DNA of 63,872 nucleotides, the filler included, from Stramenopiles sp. TOSAG23-2 (lineage: Eukaryota): the NCBI GenBank assembly GCA_900128395.1. It is 6 parts of 6 records of this genome, joined end to end, with 100 filler letters (N's around TTAATTAATTAA, not from the genome) between each part and the next. Parts side by side here need not be neighbours in the genome. Positions count along the whole stretch, not along the records: positions 28,584 to 57,063 come from LT649400.1; 5 more parts are not named here. One strand, 5' to 3'. The translations under genes and the position numbers were made by a program. The notes beneath the pieces were generated by a model that saw only the letters and a program-made list of their open reading frames with translations, was not told the origin of the DNA and did no database searches. This document shows positions 44,751-55,361 of this stretch, piece by piece (the stretch's first letter is position 1; every line of letters starts with the position of its first letter).

Positions 44751-45950
44751 ATGTTCGGTCAGAAACGTAAATCATGCGGTATAAGTATATTAGCTGAAGC
44801 AGCGACATCGGTTAAGCAACGAAAGATCTACCACGTTAAAGAACATGTTACACAACAACATAATATGAACACATATATTGATACTACAATAGTATCGATA
44901 CGTAATATATTAATATGTATTTGTAAAGTGTTTAATGAAGTTGATGCCAACCAAAAATATTCTATCATTTTAACAAATTTATTAGTAAAGGGTGGTGGTA
45001 TATCAGCAGCATTGTTATCGAAGAATCAATATAAGAAATATGCATTATCAGTAAAGTCATATGTATATGACCATATTGCTTTGTTATTGGTGAAAAATAT
45101 AATTTTTAAACGATTTTTATTTCAACTTTTAGACGAGGATGTTATGAAAAGAACAATGGGTTTAAATATACTTTTGAGCAATTTGACGGCTCCAATTTTT
45201 GCTATTTTAAATGCATCAGGTGAAAGTATCCTTGAAATTTTACACGAAGGAGCAAAGCAAAAAAGGAAAACAAAGACAAAAAATCCATCGTTATTAACAT
45301 TTAAGAAACACCAAATAACAAAAGAAGAAGAAGAGATAGTGATTGACCCATTAGCGTTCAGGAATGAAAATATTACTATGTCAACAACAGCAATCGAAGC
45401 GCTGATGATTGAAAAGTCAAATCTTGCACACGAAGATTTATCGGAAGAATTAATCGCAAACTTTTCACATAGTTGGAAAATGTCAAAGTTATCATCGTCA
45501 TCAAATTTATGTTTCCAACAACTTTTAAAACATTTGAAGGTTCCATGGTTAATTCGACAAACATTTACTTCGTTGATTTCTGAATTTAGTGTTACAGTAG
45601 ATCATATGCAAAACATGTCATTTGCTAGACATGCTGGGTGCGACGATGCAACATTTTCATTACGTTGCAGTGGTCCAGTTCATCAAATAAGCATTCCATG
45701 CATCAGTCGCGCATTTTCCTGGGCATGTGGTGCTAGAATATCTAAAGCAAAATACACTTTCGAAGGAATCCAAAATGATACAATGCATTTTACTTGCAAT
45801 TTACCATCATTACAAAAACGATTAACAATCATCGCAACCGTCGTTGAAAGCAATACTCTGACAATGATGTGGCAATTACATAGTATTACAGATCAAGGAG
45901 AATATGGATCATTGATATGCACAGCCACTGCGAATTATACAAAGTTATAA
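44751..45950 (+). CDS. hypothetical protein; C-terminal region looks beta-strand rich
   Basis: 399-aa ATG ORF; no confident family. Confidence 0.65.
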   Translation: MFGQKRKSCGISILAEAATSVKQRKIYHVKEHVTQQHNMNTYIDTTIVSIRNILICICKVFNEVDANQKYSIILTNLLVKGGGISAALLSKNQYKKYALSVKSYVYDHIALLLVKNIIFKRFLFQLLDEDVMKRTMGLNILLSNLTAPIFAILNASGESILEILHEGAKQKRKTKTKNPSLLTFKKHQITKEEEEIVIDPLAFRNENITMSTTAIEALMIEKSNLAHEDLSEELIANFSHSWKMSKLSSSSNLCFQQLLKHLKVPWLIRQTFTSLISEFSVTVDHMQNMSFARHAGCDDATFSLRCSGPVHQISIPCISRAFSWACGARISKAKYTFEGIQNDTMHFTCNLPSLQKRLTIIATVVESNTLTMMWQLHSITDQGEYGSLICTATANYTKL

Positions 45951-46812
45951 GATGTTAATATACACACACACATTTTAATTGCATATATATATATATATGT
46001 ATACATAAAGACTATCAATCTATCGAATTTATGAAACTTTTCTTCATCAAGATGAGATCGATAGTGAATTTATGGCGCAACACATTATTTAAATGTATCA
46101 TACAATGTTTTTACACAAACTATTGTATTAGTTACCAATTTTCCACCATGTAACCATATTCGTACAATTTTCTGAAGGTAACAAATACGATTTAGTATAA
46201 AACACATTCGATGCAATAAGAGACAATGGCTAAAAAATACAAAACAAATTTTCCACTTTTCCCGTCTTGTTAATTTTTAGTTTGTTTGATCTTTTCCAAC
46301 AATAGTACAGTGTAGTGCTTCCATTTTACATGTAAAATTTTGAAAAACAAGAGAGTTGTGAATATATTTAAAACTTTTTTATTATATTTACACTCAAAGT
46401 AAAGAGCAATTTTCAAAGAGATTATAAAAAATTTTAATACACTCGTATATCATATATATGATATACGTATTTTTTTATATAAAATGTATGATATTTCTAT
46501 ATATATGCATAGCTTATATATAGATATCATACTTCGTAAATAAAATAATCTAGATCATATTATACCATTATACCTGGGTATATGCATATTTATATATATA
46601 TTTAATATATGCATATGCGTAATGATACTTTTATCATAGAACTACTTTGTAAGTTATATGCAAAATAATATATATTTACGCCGCGTATATATTTTTAATA
46701 ATTTTACTTCCCGGTGATAAATACACTAAGCTGGTAAGCTCAAAATTCTTTTTTTTTAATAAATCCCCCCACACACACACGGGGTGTTTTTTTCCTAATA
46801 CTTATCTTTTTA

Positions 46813-48777
46813 TTAAAATACCTTTTCACATGATGGATGTTTTTCCCTGATGGTATCGTCTTTTGGAGTATTGCCAAAACGATCTTTGGCATTTAAAATA
46901 GCATCATTGCCTTTGGCATTTGCGATTAAATACTTTACACAATTCAGATGGCCATTACTTGATGCTAAATGAAGCGCAGTTCTATGATCATAATCAGCAG
47001 CATGTAAATTCATACCTCGTGCATGGAGGCGCACGAGGGTATCCAAATCACCTTCAGCTGCGGCAAAGAGAATTTGTGGTGCGATATCTGATACATTGTC
47101 TGTATTTAAATTATCTTCCGAGGACTTATTATAATGATCGGTTGAACCTTCGACACCACCTGCTTCTTTTAACATGGCTGCGCATGCCTCATGCTTATTA
47201 GCAATTGCATCGCCAAATGGAGTGCCACCCCATCTATCTTTTGCATTTATAGCATTTTCTTCGTTATATGTTTTTGCTCGTTTGATTAAAAATTCCAAAG
47301 CATTTAACTGACCTTCCGTCGCTGCTAAGTGCATTGCCGTTCTTAAATCATAATCTCCTTCAAAAACATTAGTTCCAGCATTTGCTTGGCTTTCCAATGA
47401 AGCAACATCACCTTCGCTAGCTGCATATAATAATTCACCGATTTCTTTTTGTTCCTCGGAATGTTTACGCGTTGTTATAACCAATTTATCTGTGGCTAAA
47501 CCGGAAAATACTTCAAATGCATTTAGTTTCACACGCTTTACCAATTCACGTGCAACTGCTACACCACGTTCTGAATTGCCGATTTTATCTAATCGTGGAG
47601 ACCAGACTGCAATACCACATACATTTGGAATGACCATGTAAACACAGCCACCGACACCTGATTTAGCAGGTACGCCAACATCAAATGCCCACTGTCCAGA
47701 ATAATCATACATGCCACATGTCAACATCAATGGCAACGCGTGTCGGATTGATTCAGGGGTACATACGCGATGGCCACTTATTGGATTTAACCCACCATTT
47801 GCCATCGTCGCTGCGGTAATGGACATGCATTTGCTGGTTGATAAAATGGAGCAAATTTGAAAATACAACTCCAATGTATCGCTTAAACTTTTGGTACCAT
47901 CATAACTGAAACATGGTGGCCATGATTTACGCTCACGCATCATATATCCTAAGCACCAATTTCTATCAGCAGTAGCACTTTCACTTTTGTACGTCGGTTC
48001 ATCAAAACCAACTGGTGCATCTAAACCACCACTTAATTCTTTCCAATAATTTATAACCTTTTGTAATCGTTCCTCACGACTTTCAACTTCAGGGAAGACC
48101 ATGGAACATGATAAAATTGCACCAGCATTGATGCATGGATTGTGCGGAACAGCACGATTGCCATTTTCTGGTATTGGTGCTGATTTTAACGCCATCGCAT
48201 TGAAAGGTAAACCGCTTGGCTCTGTTCCAACATATTTATGGACATAATCTTCGCCAAACTGGTTCAATGCAATGATGTAGGAAATTGGTTTCGAGCAAGA
48301 TTGAATACAAAATTGCTTATCATGATCGCCAATACTAAAATGTTGCCCATCAATTGTCGTGATTGAGATAGCAAATTGCTCTGGATCAACCTGTGCTAAT
48401 TGTGGGATATAATCAGCATTATCTCCATTTTTGTTTGGTTCGACTTGTTTATATACCTCTTCGATAATATTTGTTAGTGTTTTGAAATCCGGTACAACCA
48501 AGTCACCCGTAATACATTTGTGTATCAACGTTGAACACGTTTGTATAGCATCACAAAATTGTTGCAACGTAAGACGTTGGTCATTTTTCACGCCATCAAT
48601 CGATTCAAGAAATTGGAAAAATCCTTTCAATCGCTTGTCATCATCATGTAAACCATTGTTTTTTAAAAATTGTATTAAATAAGTGGATGATACCGTCCCA
48701 TCATTATTTAAATCAAGCGCTTCAAAGACTTGCTTATCACGCGTAGTAATGTCATGGTGTGCAATAACTGAGGTCAT
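46813..48777 (-). CDS. GLS: glutaminase with N-terminal EF-hand-like region and two C-terminal three-repeat ankyrin modules
   Basis: ADYIPQLA, FCIQSCSKP (catalytic SxxK), VGTEPSG.PFN, PHNPCINAGAI, LELYFQICS, CGMYDYSG.WAF.VG.PAKSGVGG, SPRLD..GNS.RG; two DYD.RTA.HLA..DR(W/F)G.TP modules. Confidence 0.96.
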   Translation of the reverse strand: MTSVIAHHDITTRDKQVFEALDLNNDGTVSSTYLIQFLKNNGLHDDDKRLKGFFQFLESIDGVKNDQRLTLQQFCDAIQTCSTLIHKCITGDLVVPDFKTLTNIIEEVYKQVEPNKNGDNADYIPQLAQVDPEQFAISITTIDGQHFSIGDHDKQFCIQSCSKPISYIIALNQFGEDYVHKYVGTEPSGLPFNAMALKSAPIPENGNRAVPHNPCINAGAILSCSMVFPEVESREERLQKVINYWKELSGGLDAPVGFDEPTYKSESATADRNWCLGYMMRERKSWPPCFSYDGTKSLSDTLELYFQICSILSTSKCMSITAATMANGGLNPISGHRVCTPESIRHALPLMLTCGMYDYSGQWAFDVGVPAKSGVGGCVYMVIPNVCGIAVWSPRLDKIGNSERGVAVARELVKRVKLNAFEVFSGLATDKLVITTRKHSEEQKEIGELLYAASEGDVASLESQANAGTNVFEGDYDLRTAMHLAATEGQLNALEFLIKRAKTYNEENAINAKDRWGGTPFGDAIANKHEACAAMLKEAGGVEGSTDHYNKSSEDNLNTDNVSDIAPQILFAAAEGDLDTLVRLHARGMNLHAADYDHRTALHLASSNGHLNCVKYLIANAKGNDAILNAKDRFGNTPKDDTIREKHPSCEKVF

Positions 48778-49579
48778 AATTTTCTGGTAATTATATTAAT
48801 AATTGAATGAATGATACAAGAAAAATATTTTCTTTCTTGTTATTTTCTCTTCTTTTGGAATTAAAAATTTGTGTCTTAAATAAAAACAATTAAACGCTTT
48901 TTTCTTATATATTTGTTGTTTTTGTTTCTCACTAAAGAAATCAGATGTTAATGTTACTTGTTAATGAAAAGCGAACTTTACAACAAATGAATCTTTCGTA
49001 TGTCACATTAACATATACCATCACATACTGTTGTATTAATATTATTATGTTAAACCAACAGAGAGAAGCAGAGACTGTGTGTGCGAGCGACGGCTGTGTG
49101 TGGCAGACTGGCAGAGAAGGTTCTTTTTCACAGATGTTCAATTTGTAAATACATGCAAATAGCACTATCACAAAGTTTTTGAATGTCGGATCCGGTGGCC
49201 GGTGGCCTGAGAGCTGAGCTCTGGTCTGCGTCTGCTGGAGCTCTGTGGTTTTTTTGTGTTGTTTTTGTGTTCTATATTTTTGTAGCTGTCCAGCTGTCGT
49301 CAGTAAAGTCAGGCACCAGGCTAAGGCTGTGCTGGTGTGCAACCTCTGTGTTTGTTGTGCACTTGTTGTTGTTGAAAATAATATAATAAAAAAATATAAT
49401 AAAAAATAAAATACCGTATGTTTATATATATATTAGGTATGTGGTATATAAACACACCGCACAAAGAATATATGTATGTAATATACTTGAAGTCAATCAG
49501 GATTGTCATAATAATACGAATGCACATGGTGAGAGGATACACAATTTATACTAAGCTATACGTCTGATTGTTTGATACA
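48778..49579. promoter_or_regulatory. putative bidirectional promoter region between glutaminase and Amt-ankyrin
   Basis: ~800-bp head-to-head intergenic region with a GC-richer core at about 49060-49350. Confidence 0.5.
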
Positions 49580-52300
49580 ATGTTAACAACAAATGCAACG
49601 TCAAATATCCCGCCTGGATGCGAACAATTAAACGATGGTGATACATCATTTATGATTATGGCAACCACATTTGTTATGCTACAAACACCTGCATTAGGTT
49701 TAGCACAAGCTGGAATTATTCGTCGAAAAAATGCTTTATCAATGCTTATGCAAACTTTAACTGGTTTCGTAATTGGATCGTTGCTTTGGTTTATTTGTGG
49801 GTTTTCATTATCTTTTGGTCCTAGTTTTCACGGTTTCATTGGTAACTTACAACATTCATTTTTAGAAAATGTACCTGTAAATACTTGTTTTGTAAATTCT
49901 ACAGCAAAAACAATACCTGGTATTTTGTTTGCTGCCTTTCAAATGATGTTTGCTGTTATGGTACCAGTAATAGTAACTGGGGCATGGGCGGAAAGAATGT
50001 TATTTGAAGCTTTTATATTATTTGTTTTACTTTGGCCTTTTCTAGTTTATTATCCATTAGCTCATTGGGTATGGAATACTAAAGGGTTTTTAGCTGCGTA
50101 TGGTGTAATGGATTTTGCGGGAGGATTAACCATACATACTTCGTCAGGGGTTGCTGCGTTTGCAGTTACGTTGGTGTTAAGCGGCCGGATGAAATTGAAT
50201 AGGAAAGGATTAGCACATCATAATCTACCAATAGCAATTCTTGGAGGGGCATTGATTTGGGGTGGTTGGTATAGTTTCAATGGTGGCAGTGCATTTAAAA
50301 GCAATGGACAAGCAAGTATGGCTGTAATGAATACACATATTAGTGCTTGTGTTGGAGCAATGATATGGACCATTTTAAGTTATCGCAGGGAGAAACATTG
50401 GCATTTAACAGAAATTATGAATGGTGCATATGCTGGACTTGCTGCGATTACACCTGGATCTGGTTTCGTAACACCACAATCAGCATTTTTCATAGGAATT
50501 TTAGGTGGTATCAGTTCATATGTATGGATAGTGAAAATTATACCACGTACAAATTTAGATGACGCATTAGATGTTACTGGGTTACAAGGCGCTCCAGGAA
50601 TAATCGGTACCATTTGTGTCGGGCTTTTCGCAACTGAAGAATATGCAAGTCCAGCAGGATATTTTGTAAGTTACAATTTGGAATTATTTGTAAAGCAACT
50701 TGTTGGGGTTTCAATTACTATTGTATGGACATTGGTTACGACATATTTATTGATGCTGCTAATTAAAAAATTAGTCGGTATTGATGTATCGCCGGATGTA
50801 GAAGAAAAAGGCTTAGACCTAACCCAGATTGGCGAACAGGCATATGATGAATCTTTAGCACCCGTGTTAGATTTAGGCACCGATGTATTGACGTCAAAGT
50901 TATGCGAAGCATGTCATAATGGTGATTTTCCTAAAGTTCGCTCATTGATACAATTAGGTGCAAAAGCAGAATCTCATGATTATGATAAACGTTCTCCATT
51001 GCATATTACCGCCGGAGAAGGAAATGTTGAAATATTAAAATATTTGATTGAAAATTTTCCTATTAATGTTAATAGTCAAGATAGATATGGAAATACACCA
51101 TTAGCAGATGCTGTTAGGCATAACAATACAGAATGTATTCAAGTTTTAAAAAATCATGGTGGAAAAATAATGCATGGTACTGGGTATTTTGCTTCGAAAT
51201 CTATTTTAAGTGCTGCTTTTTCAGGAAATGCAGAGGAAGTTCGATGGATACTAGAGCAAGATTTAAAATGCAAAGACGAGGCAGATTACGATGCAAGGAC
51301 GCCTTTGCATCTTGCAGCAAGTGAAGGACATATAGAAGTGTTGAAATTATTATTGCATTTTGGAGCAAAAGTAGATGTGATTGATAGATGGCAACATACT
51401 CCATATTATGATGCTATTTATTATCATCATCATGAATGTGCTAAATTGTTGCGTTTAAATAGTAATAGCAACCATAAGAATAATGGAAATAATAAATCTA
51501 ATAATAGTAATCATAGTAGCACAAGCAGTAGTAGCAGTAGCAATAGCAATATGAGTGAACGTACACCATTATTATTATCATCATCATCAACAACAGTAGA
51601 AATGAAAGGTAATAAAACTAAGAATGACAATAGTAGTAATAATGTCAATGAAAATGTTGAAGAATGGAAAATTGATTTTGAAGAAAACATACAGGAAAGG
51701 AAAGAATTAAATGCAGCTGATCGTGCATTATTCCAAGCTGCTTCAGTTGGAGATTTTTCCGAGTTGAAGAAGTTAGTCAAACGTGGTGCTAATATTAATT
51801 TAAAAGATTATGATGATCGTTCTGTTTTGCATTTAAGTGCAAGCGCTGGGCATGTTGATATTGTACAGTATTTAATAAAAAGCGATGGTGTAATCATTGA
51901 TGTTTTTGATCGTTTTGGTAACACCCCATTACAAGATGCGATTGATCATGGGTATATCAATATATCGAATATTTTAAGAACTGCTGGTGCAACAATTAAA
52001 AACCCTACGTTGGCCGCTCAATTATGCAAACTAGCAGCTGAAGGAAATTTGAAAGAATTAAAAAAACTCGAAATCGGTTCTGGGATTGATATTCATGTTT
52101 GTGATTATGATGGTCGTACCGCATTGCACTTGGCTGCTTGTAATAACAATATTGAAATAGTAAAATGGATTTTAAAAATTGGAGGTAGATTCTCAAACAT
52201 GTCACGTGATAGATATGGCAATACTGCGTTGGATGATGCGACAAGATATAAATATAGTGAGATTGTTCAATTGTTAAGAGAGACATTTTATGATGTGTGA
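49580..52300 (+). CDS. ammonium transporter (AmtB/MEP-like) fused to four glutaminase-type ankyrin modules (~12 repeats)
   Basis: GDTSFMI..T.FVMLQTP.LG, FQMMFA, GAWAER, YYPLAHWVW, DFAGGLTIH, WGGWYSFNGGS, GLAAITPGSG, DDALDV, EEKGLD...GEQAY; four DYD.R..LH..DR(Y/W/F)..T modules; first ATG at 49580. Confidence 0.94.
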   Translation: MLTTNATSNIPPGCEQLNDGDTSFMIMATTFVMLQTPALGLAQAGIIRRKNALSMLMQTLTGFVIGSLLWFICGFSLSFGPSFHGFIGNLQHSFLENVPVNTCFVNSTAKTIPGILFAAFQMMFAVMVPVIVTGAWAERMLFEAFILFVLLWPFLVYYPLAHWVWNTKGFLAAYGVMDFAGGLTIHTSSGVAAFAVTLVLSGRMKLNRKGLAHHNLPIAILGGALIWGGWYSFNGGSAFKSNGQASMAVMNTHISACVGAMIWTILSYRREKHWHLTEIMNGAYAGLAAITPGSGFVTPQSAFFIGILGGISSYVWIVKIIPRTNLDDALDVTGLQGAPGIIGTICVGLFATEEYASPAGYFVSYNLELFVKQLVGVSITIVWTLVTTYLLMLLIKKLVGIDVSPDVEEKGLDLTQIGEQAYDESLAPVLDLGTDVLTSKLCEACHNGDFPKVRSLIQLGAKAESHDYDKRSPLHITAGEGNVEILKYLIENFPINVNSQDRYGNTPLADAVRHNNTECIQVLKNHGGKIMHGTGYFASKSILSAAFSGNAEEVRWILEQDLKCKDEADYDARTPLHLAASEGHIEVLKLLLHFGAKVDVIDRWQHTPYYDAIYYHHHECAKLLRLNSNSNHKNNGNNKSNNSNHSSTSSSSSSNSNMSERTPLLLSSSSTTVEMKGNKTKNDNSSNNVNENVEEWKIDFEENIQERKELNAADRALFQAASVGDFSELKKLVKRGANINLKDYDDRSVLHLSASAGHVDIVQYLIKSDGVIIDVFDRFGNTPLQDAIDHGYINISNILRTAGATIKNPTLAAQLCKLAAEGNLKELKKLEIGSGIDIHVCDYDGRTALHLAACNNNIEIVKWILKIGGRFSNMSRDRYGNTALDDATRYKYSEIVQLLRETFYDV

Positions 52301-53132
52301 TTTATAAAAATATACTAAAAATATCAGAGTACATTTTAATTCATTTACCTTAGCCAGGTTAGCACATTTTGTATATATTTGTGTGATATTACAAACAAAA
52401 TTACAGACGAAGAGACATATTTTTAAAAAATCAAAAAATATATATTGTGATTTACAACTTCATGAAGGAGGACCTCTTTCATTTAGCTCTGAATCACAGA
52501 CAGACGAAACATCTTTTGAATACTAAATAATTTTTACTAAAATGTATATAAATCATTTTTGATTTGAGAGGTTAATAAACGGGGGTAAAAGAATTTTATA
52601 TAAGTATTAACCATCACTATATAATTATTGAGCATATTATCATACTTAACACGAGAAGTGTAAAATTATTATGCATATTATATTAACTTTAGATTTTTAA
52701 ACCATCGTTTTTCTATGTATGTTATGATAAGTATATACCTGTAATTAATGACAATTTATCTCAAAATAATAAAAAAAAATGTAAAATTTAATATATCATA
52801 ATATATATATAATGTGCATCATACGCGTATGATATATTGTACGAACTTAGATTTTAACCAATATATATATATTGTACGAGAAAAACACATATATATTGTA
52901 CGAACATATTTTAATTAATATTTTTTACGCGTATGATACATTTACTTTTATTAATACGACGCGTATTAATTACGTATATGATACTATTCCGTATATTTAT
53001 ACATTAAATCAAATATAAAAATATTCGTATTTTACACGCACATAAAAAATTATTCGGGACTCGTAAAAGTTGCGTGTGTTCGTATTTACTTTTCATAAAA
53101 TGCTTGCCTTTTCAAAAAAAACACAATACCTA

Positions 53133-53735
53133 TTAAAGGTAATTGCTAAATGGTTCGGGTGTACCAGCTTCTGGCCCATTACTAAAAAATAACAGTGGGC
53201 GATAATCAACAGATGCTTCTTTTACAACATTAGTTTTTTTAAAATGTTGAATCAAACCTAATTTGCCTTGAATGCGTCCATATTTAACTGCACAAATTTT
53301 ATGAGATTTAAATCGAGTCCATTCACGACAATGAAAGCTTGCATAAAAATTTGCAACATGATGACATTCCATAAAATTCATAAAAGCGTATCCAATGTTA
53401 CATTTGTTTTTATAATCCATTGGCAAATAGAAGAAATCATACGTCTTATCAAATTCCATATTAATTTCTTCTAACAACATTGATTGCGTATAATTATTTG
53501 GAATATTTTGTATCATAATCGTCGATCTACGATCCATACCACTAAGGATAGCATCAACATCGATATAAAATTCTTTACCTGATCTTGGATCGCGTTTACG
53601 ACGACTGTTATTGTTATTAGTGTGAGTATTGCCATTATTACTATTTTGATAATGAGAATTATGACGATTAAATCCGCCATCGCTTTGCATTGCATTATTA
53701 TTATTATGCTTACCATTATAGTCTCTTCCTCCTCT
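53133..53735 (-). CDS. Mei2-like RNA-binding protein, C-terminal RRM3 portion (continuation of 55362..57063)
   Basis: DRRSTIMIQNIPNNYTQ.ML..FDKTYDFFYLPMDYKNKCNIGYAFMNF..W.RF.S.KICAV.YGRIQGK..LI.HF..RPLLF. Confidence 0.9.
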   Translation of the reverse strand, partial: RGGRDYNGKHNNNNAMQSDGGFNRHNSHYQNSNNGNTHTNNNNSRRKRDPRSGKEFYIDVDAILSGMDRRSTIMIQNIPNNYTQSMLLEEINMEFDKTYDFFYLPMDYKNKCNIGYAFMNFMECHHVANFYASFHCREWTRFKSHKICAVKYGRIQGKLGLIQHFKKTNVVKEASVDYRPLLFFSNGPEAGTPEPFSNYL

Positions 53736-54385
53736 TTTAAATTATCAAATGATGGATTTTTATGTTGTTGTGAGAATTTTTTACGTTTTGATGATGATAA
53801 AGGTGGAGACAATTTTTTGTTCTTATTGCCTCCATTTTTTGATGATATTCCATTTGTTGATTTGCCATTTGGAGTTTTTACAGCCATATTTTTTTCTGCT
53901 GTTTGTTTTTTCAATGCAGCGGAACGTGCTAAGTTTTTCTTTGATTGTTCTCTGATACTATTTATAAATTTTTGACTGTGTTCTAGCATAGGATCAATAA
54001 CATTTGCTGGTATAACTAATACTACAGAATCTATAGTAGCTTTAGCAAAAGCAGTACGTTGAAAAGTTGTTGAACCATACAATGCTGTTTCACCAAAAAA
54101 TGGATAATGTTTTCTATTTAAATCTTTATGTTGAAGATCATTATTTTTTGTCATGTTGCCTAATTCTTTTACTTTTCCATGAATTTCATCGTAAAATAAT
54201 ATCTCACCTGCTAGTAAAATAAACATTTCATTTGCTTCATCACCTTTTCTACATATTACTGTATTTTTTCTTACCTTTCTCATTTCAACTTTTCCAGCAC
54301 CAGCAATTTTTGCTAGAATTTCAGTAGGTATCGATTCAAAGACATCAATCTGTTGAAGCATCGTAACAAATTCAATGGTTGCCAT
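53736..54385 (-). CDS. cyclic-nucleotide-binding domain protein, 3'-truncated at the inversion junction
   Basis: LQQIDVF..I..E.L..IA, ICRKGDEANEMFILLAGEI, FFGETAL...RTAFAKA; the ORF tail after ..NLKEEEE is Mei2 DNA read in another frame. Confidence 0.8.
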
Positions 54386-55361
54386 GGTGATTTATTGTTT
54401 GTAATTTTATATTTTTATTTGAATAATCTTGTTCTGTTTTTTTTTATATCCTTTCAATTTCAATAAATATGTTTTGTTTCTAACCGGATAACATTTTTTA
54501 TATGTTTATAGAATATTATGTGTATTAATATATTTATACTTCAAGCCAGCAAGCCCGGGCAGAATAAGAAGAAGATTCGAGATGAAGAATAAGAATGCAG
54601 ATGATGACCGCCAGAACGCCACAGGAATTATTCCGCCAGTCAGCCAGACACAGTATTATAATACTGTAACAGGCTTGACAGCCAGTCGACAGCAGAGAAC
54701 GCCAGAACGCGCTTGAGGAAAAATAATGGTTTTAGTTTTTAATAAAATTATACCGTGGTGTGTCAATGCTATTACTGTAGTTTTATTTGTTCTTCGATGA
54801 AAGTACTTATTATTGAAATAATGAAAGTCAAAAGAACTTTTGATATTGACTTATATGGATTACCACCGGATGCTCTGCCGTCACCAATAAATAGGTATGC
54901 TTGCTTGCTTGTTAGAATATACGGAAAATAAGAACAATACGGTTCAGGTACCGTATTACCTTTTTTGACGCGTCAAGTGCGCCTCGTCACATAATTGCAA
55001 TTCATATTTTATTAATAAAATAAATAGATTCCGGATACACATTAGACACACACATAGAATATTTGTGCACAATATACACAAAGCTAAGACATTCAATGTT
55101 TTATTCAATGATACGAAAGATACGGATATAAAAGATAAACAAAATTATTAAGTGATTGCACAAGTATCTTGGTATTTTCTATATATATATATATATATAT
55201 ATACATATTATTAATTTTTATAATATTGTATCGCATTATATTCATAACTATTTATATATCTTTTTTTTTTTTGAATAGACTAAAAAGTATATTTTTGGTT
55301 CCCGTATTATTCAACTGCGTTGCAGATATAGCAGGGCCATATATAACTCAAAAAAAAAATC

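Noticed and set aside
53513-54385. cNMP-domain membrane protein with hydrophobic tail, or cNMP-Mei2 overlapping or frameshifted gene
   Set aside because: The hydrophobic tail is Mei2 Asn-rich DNA read in another frame beyond the inversion junction
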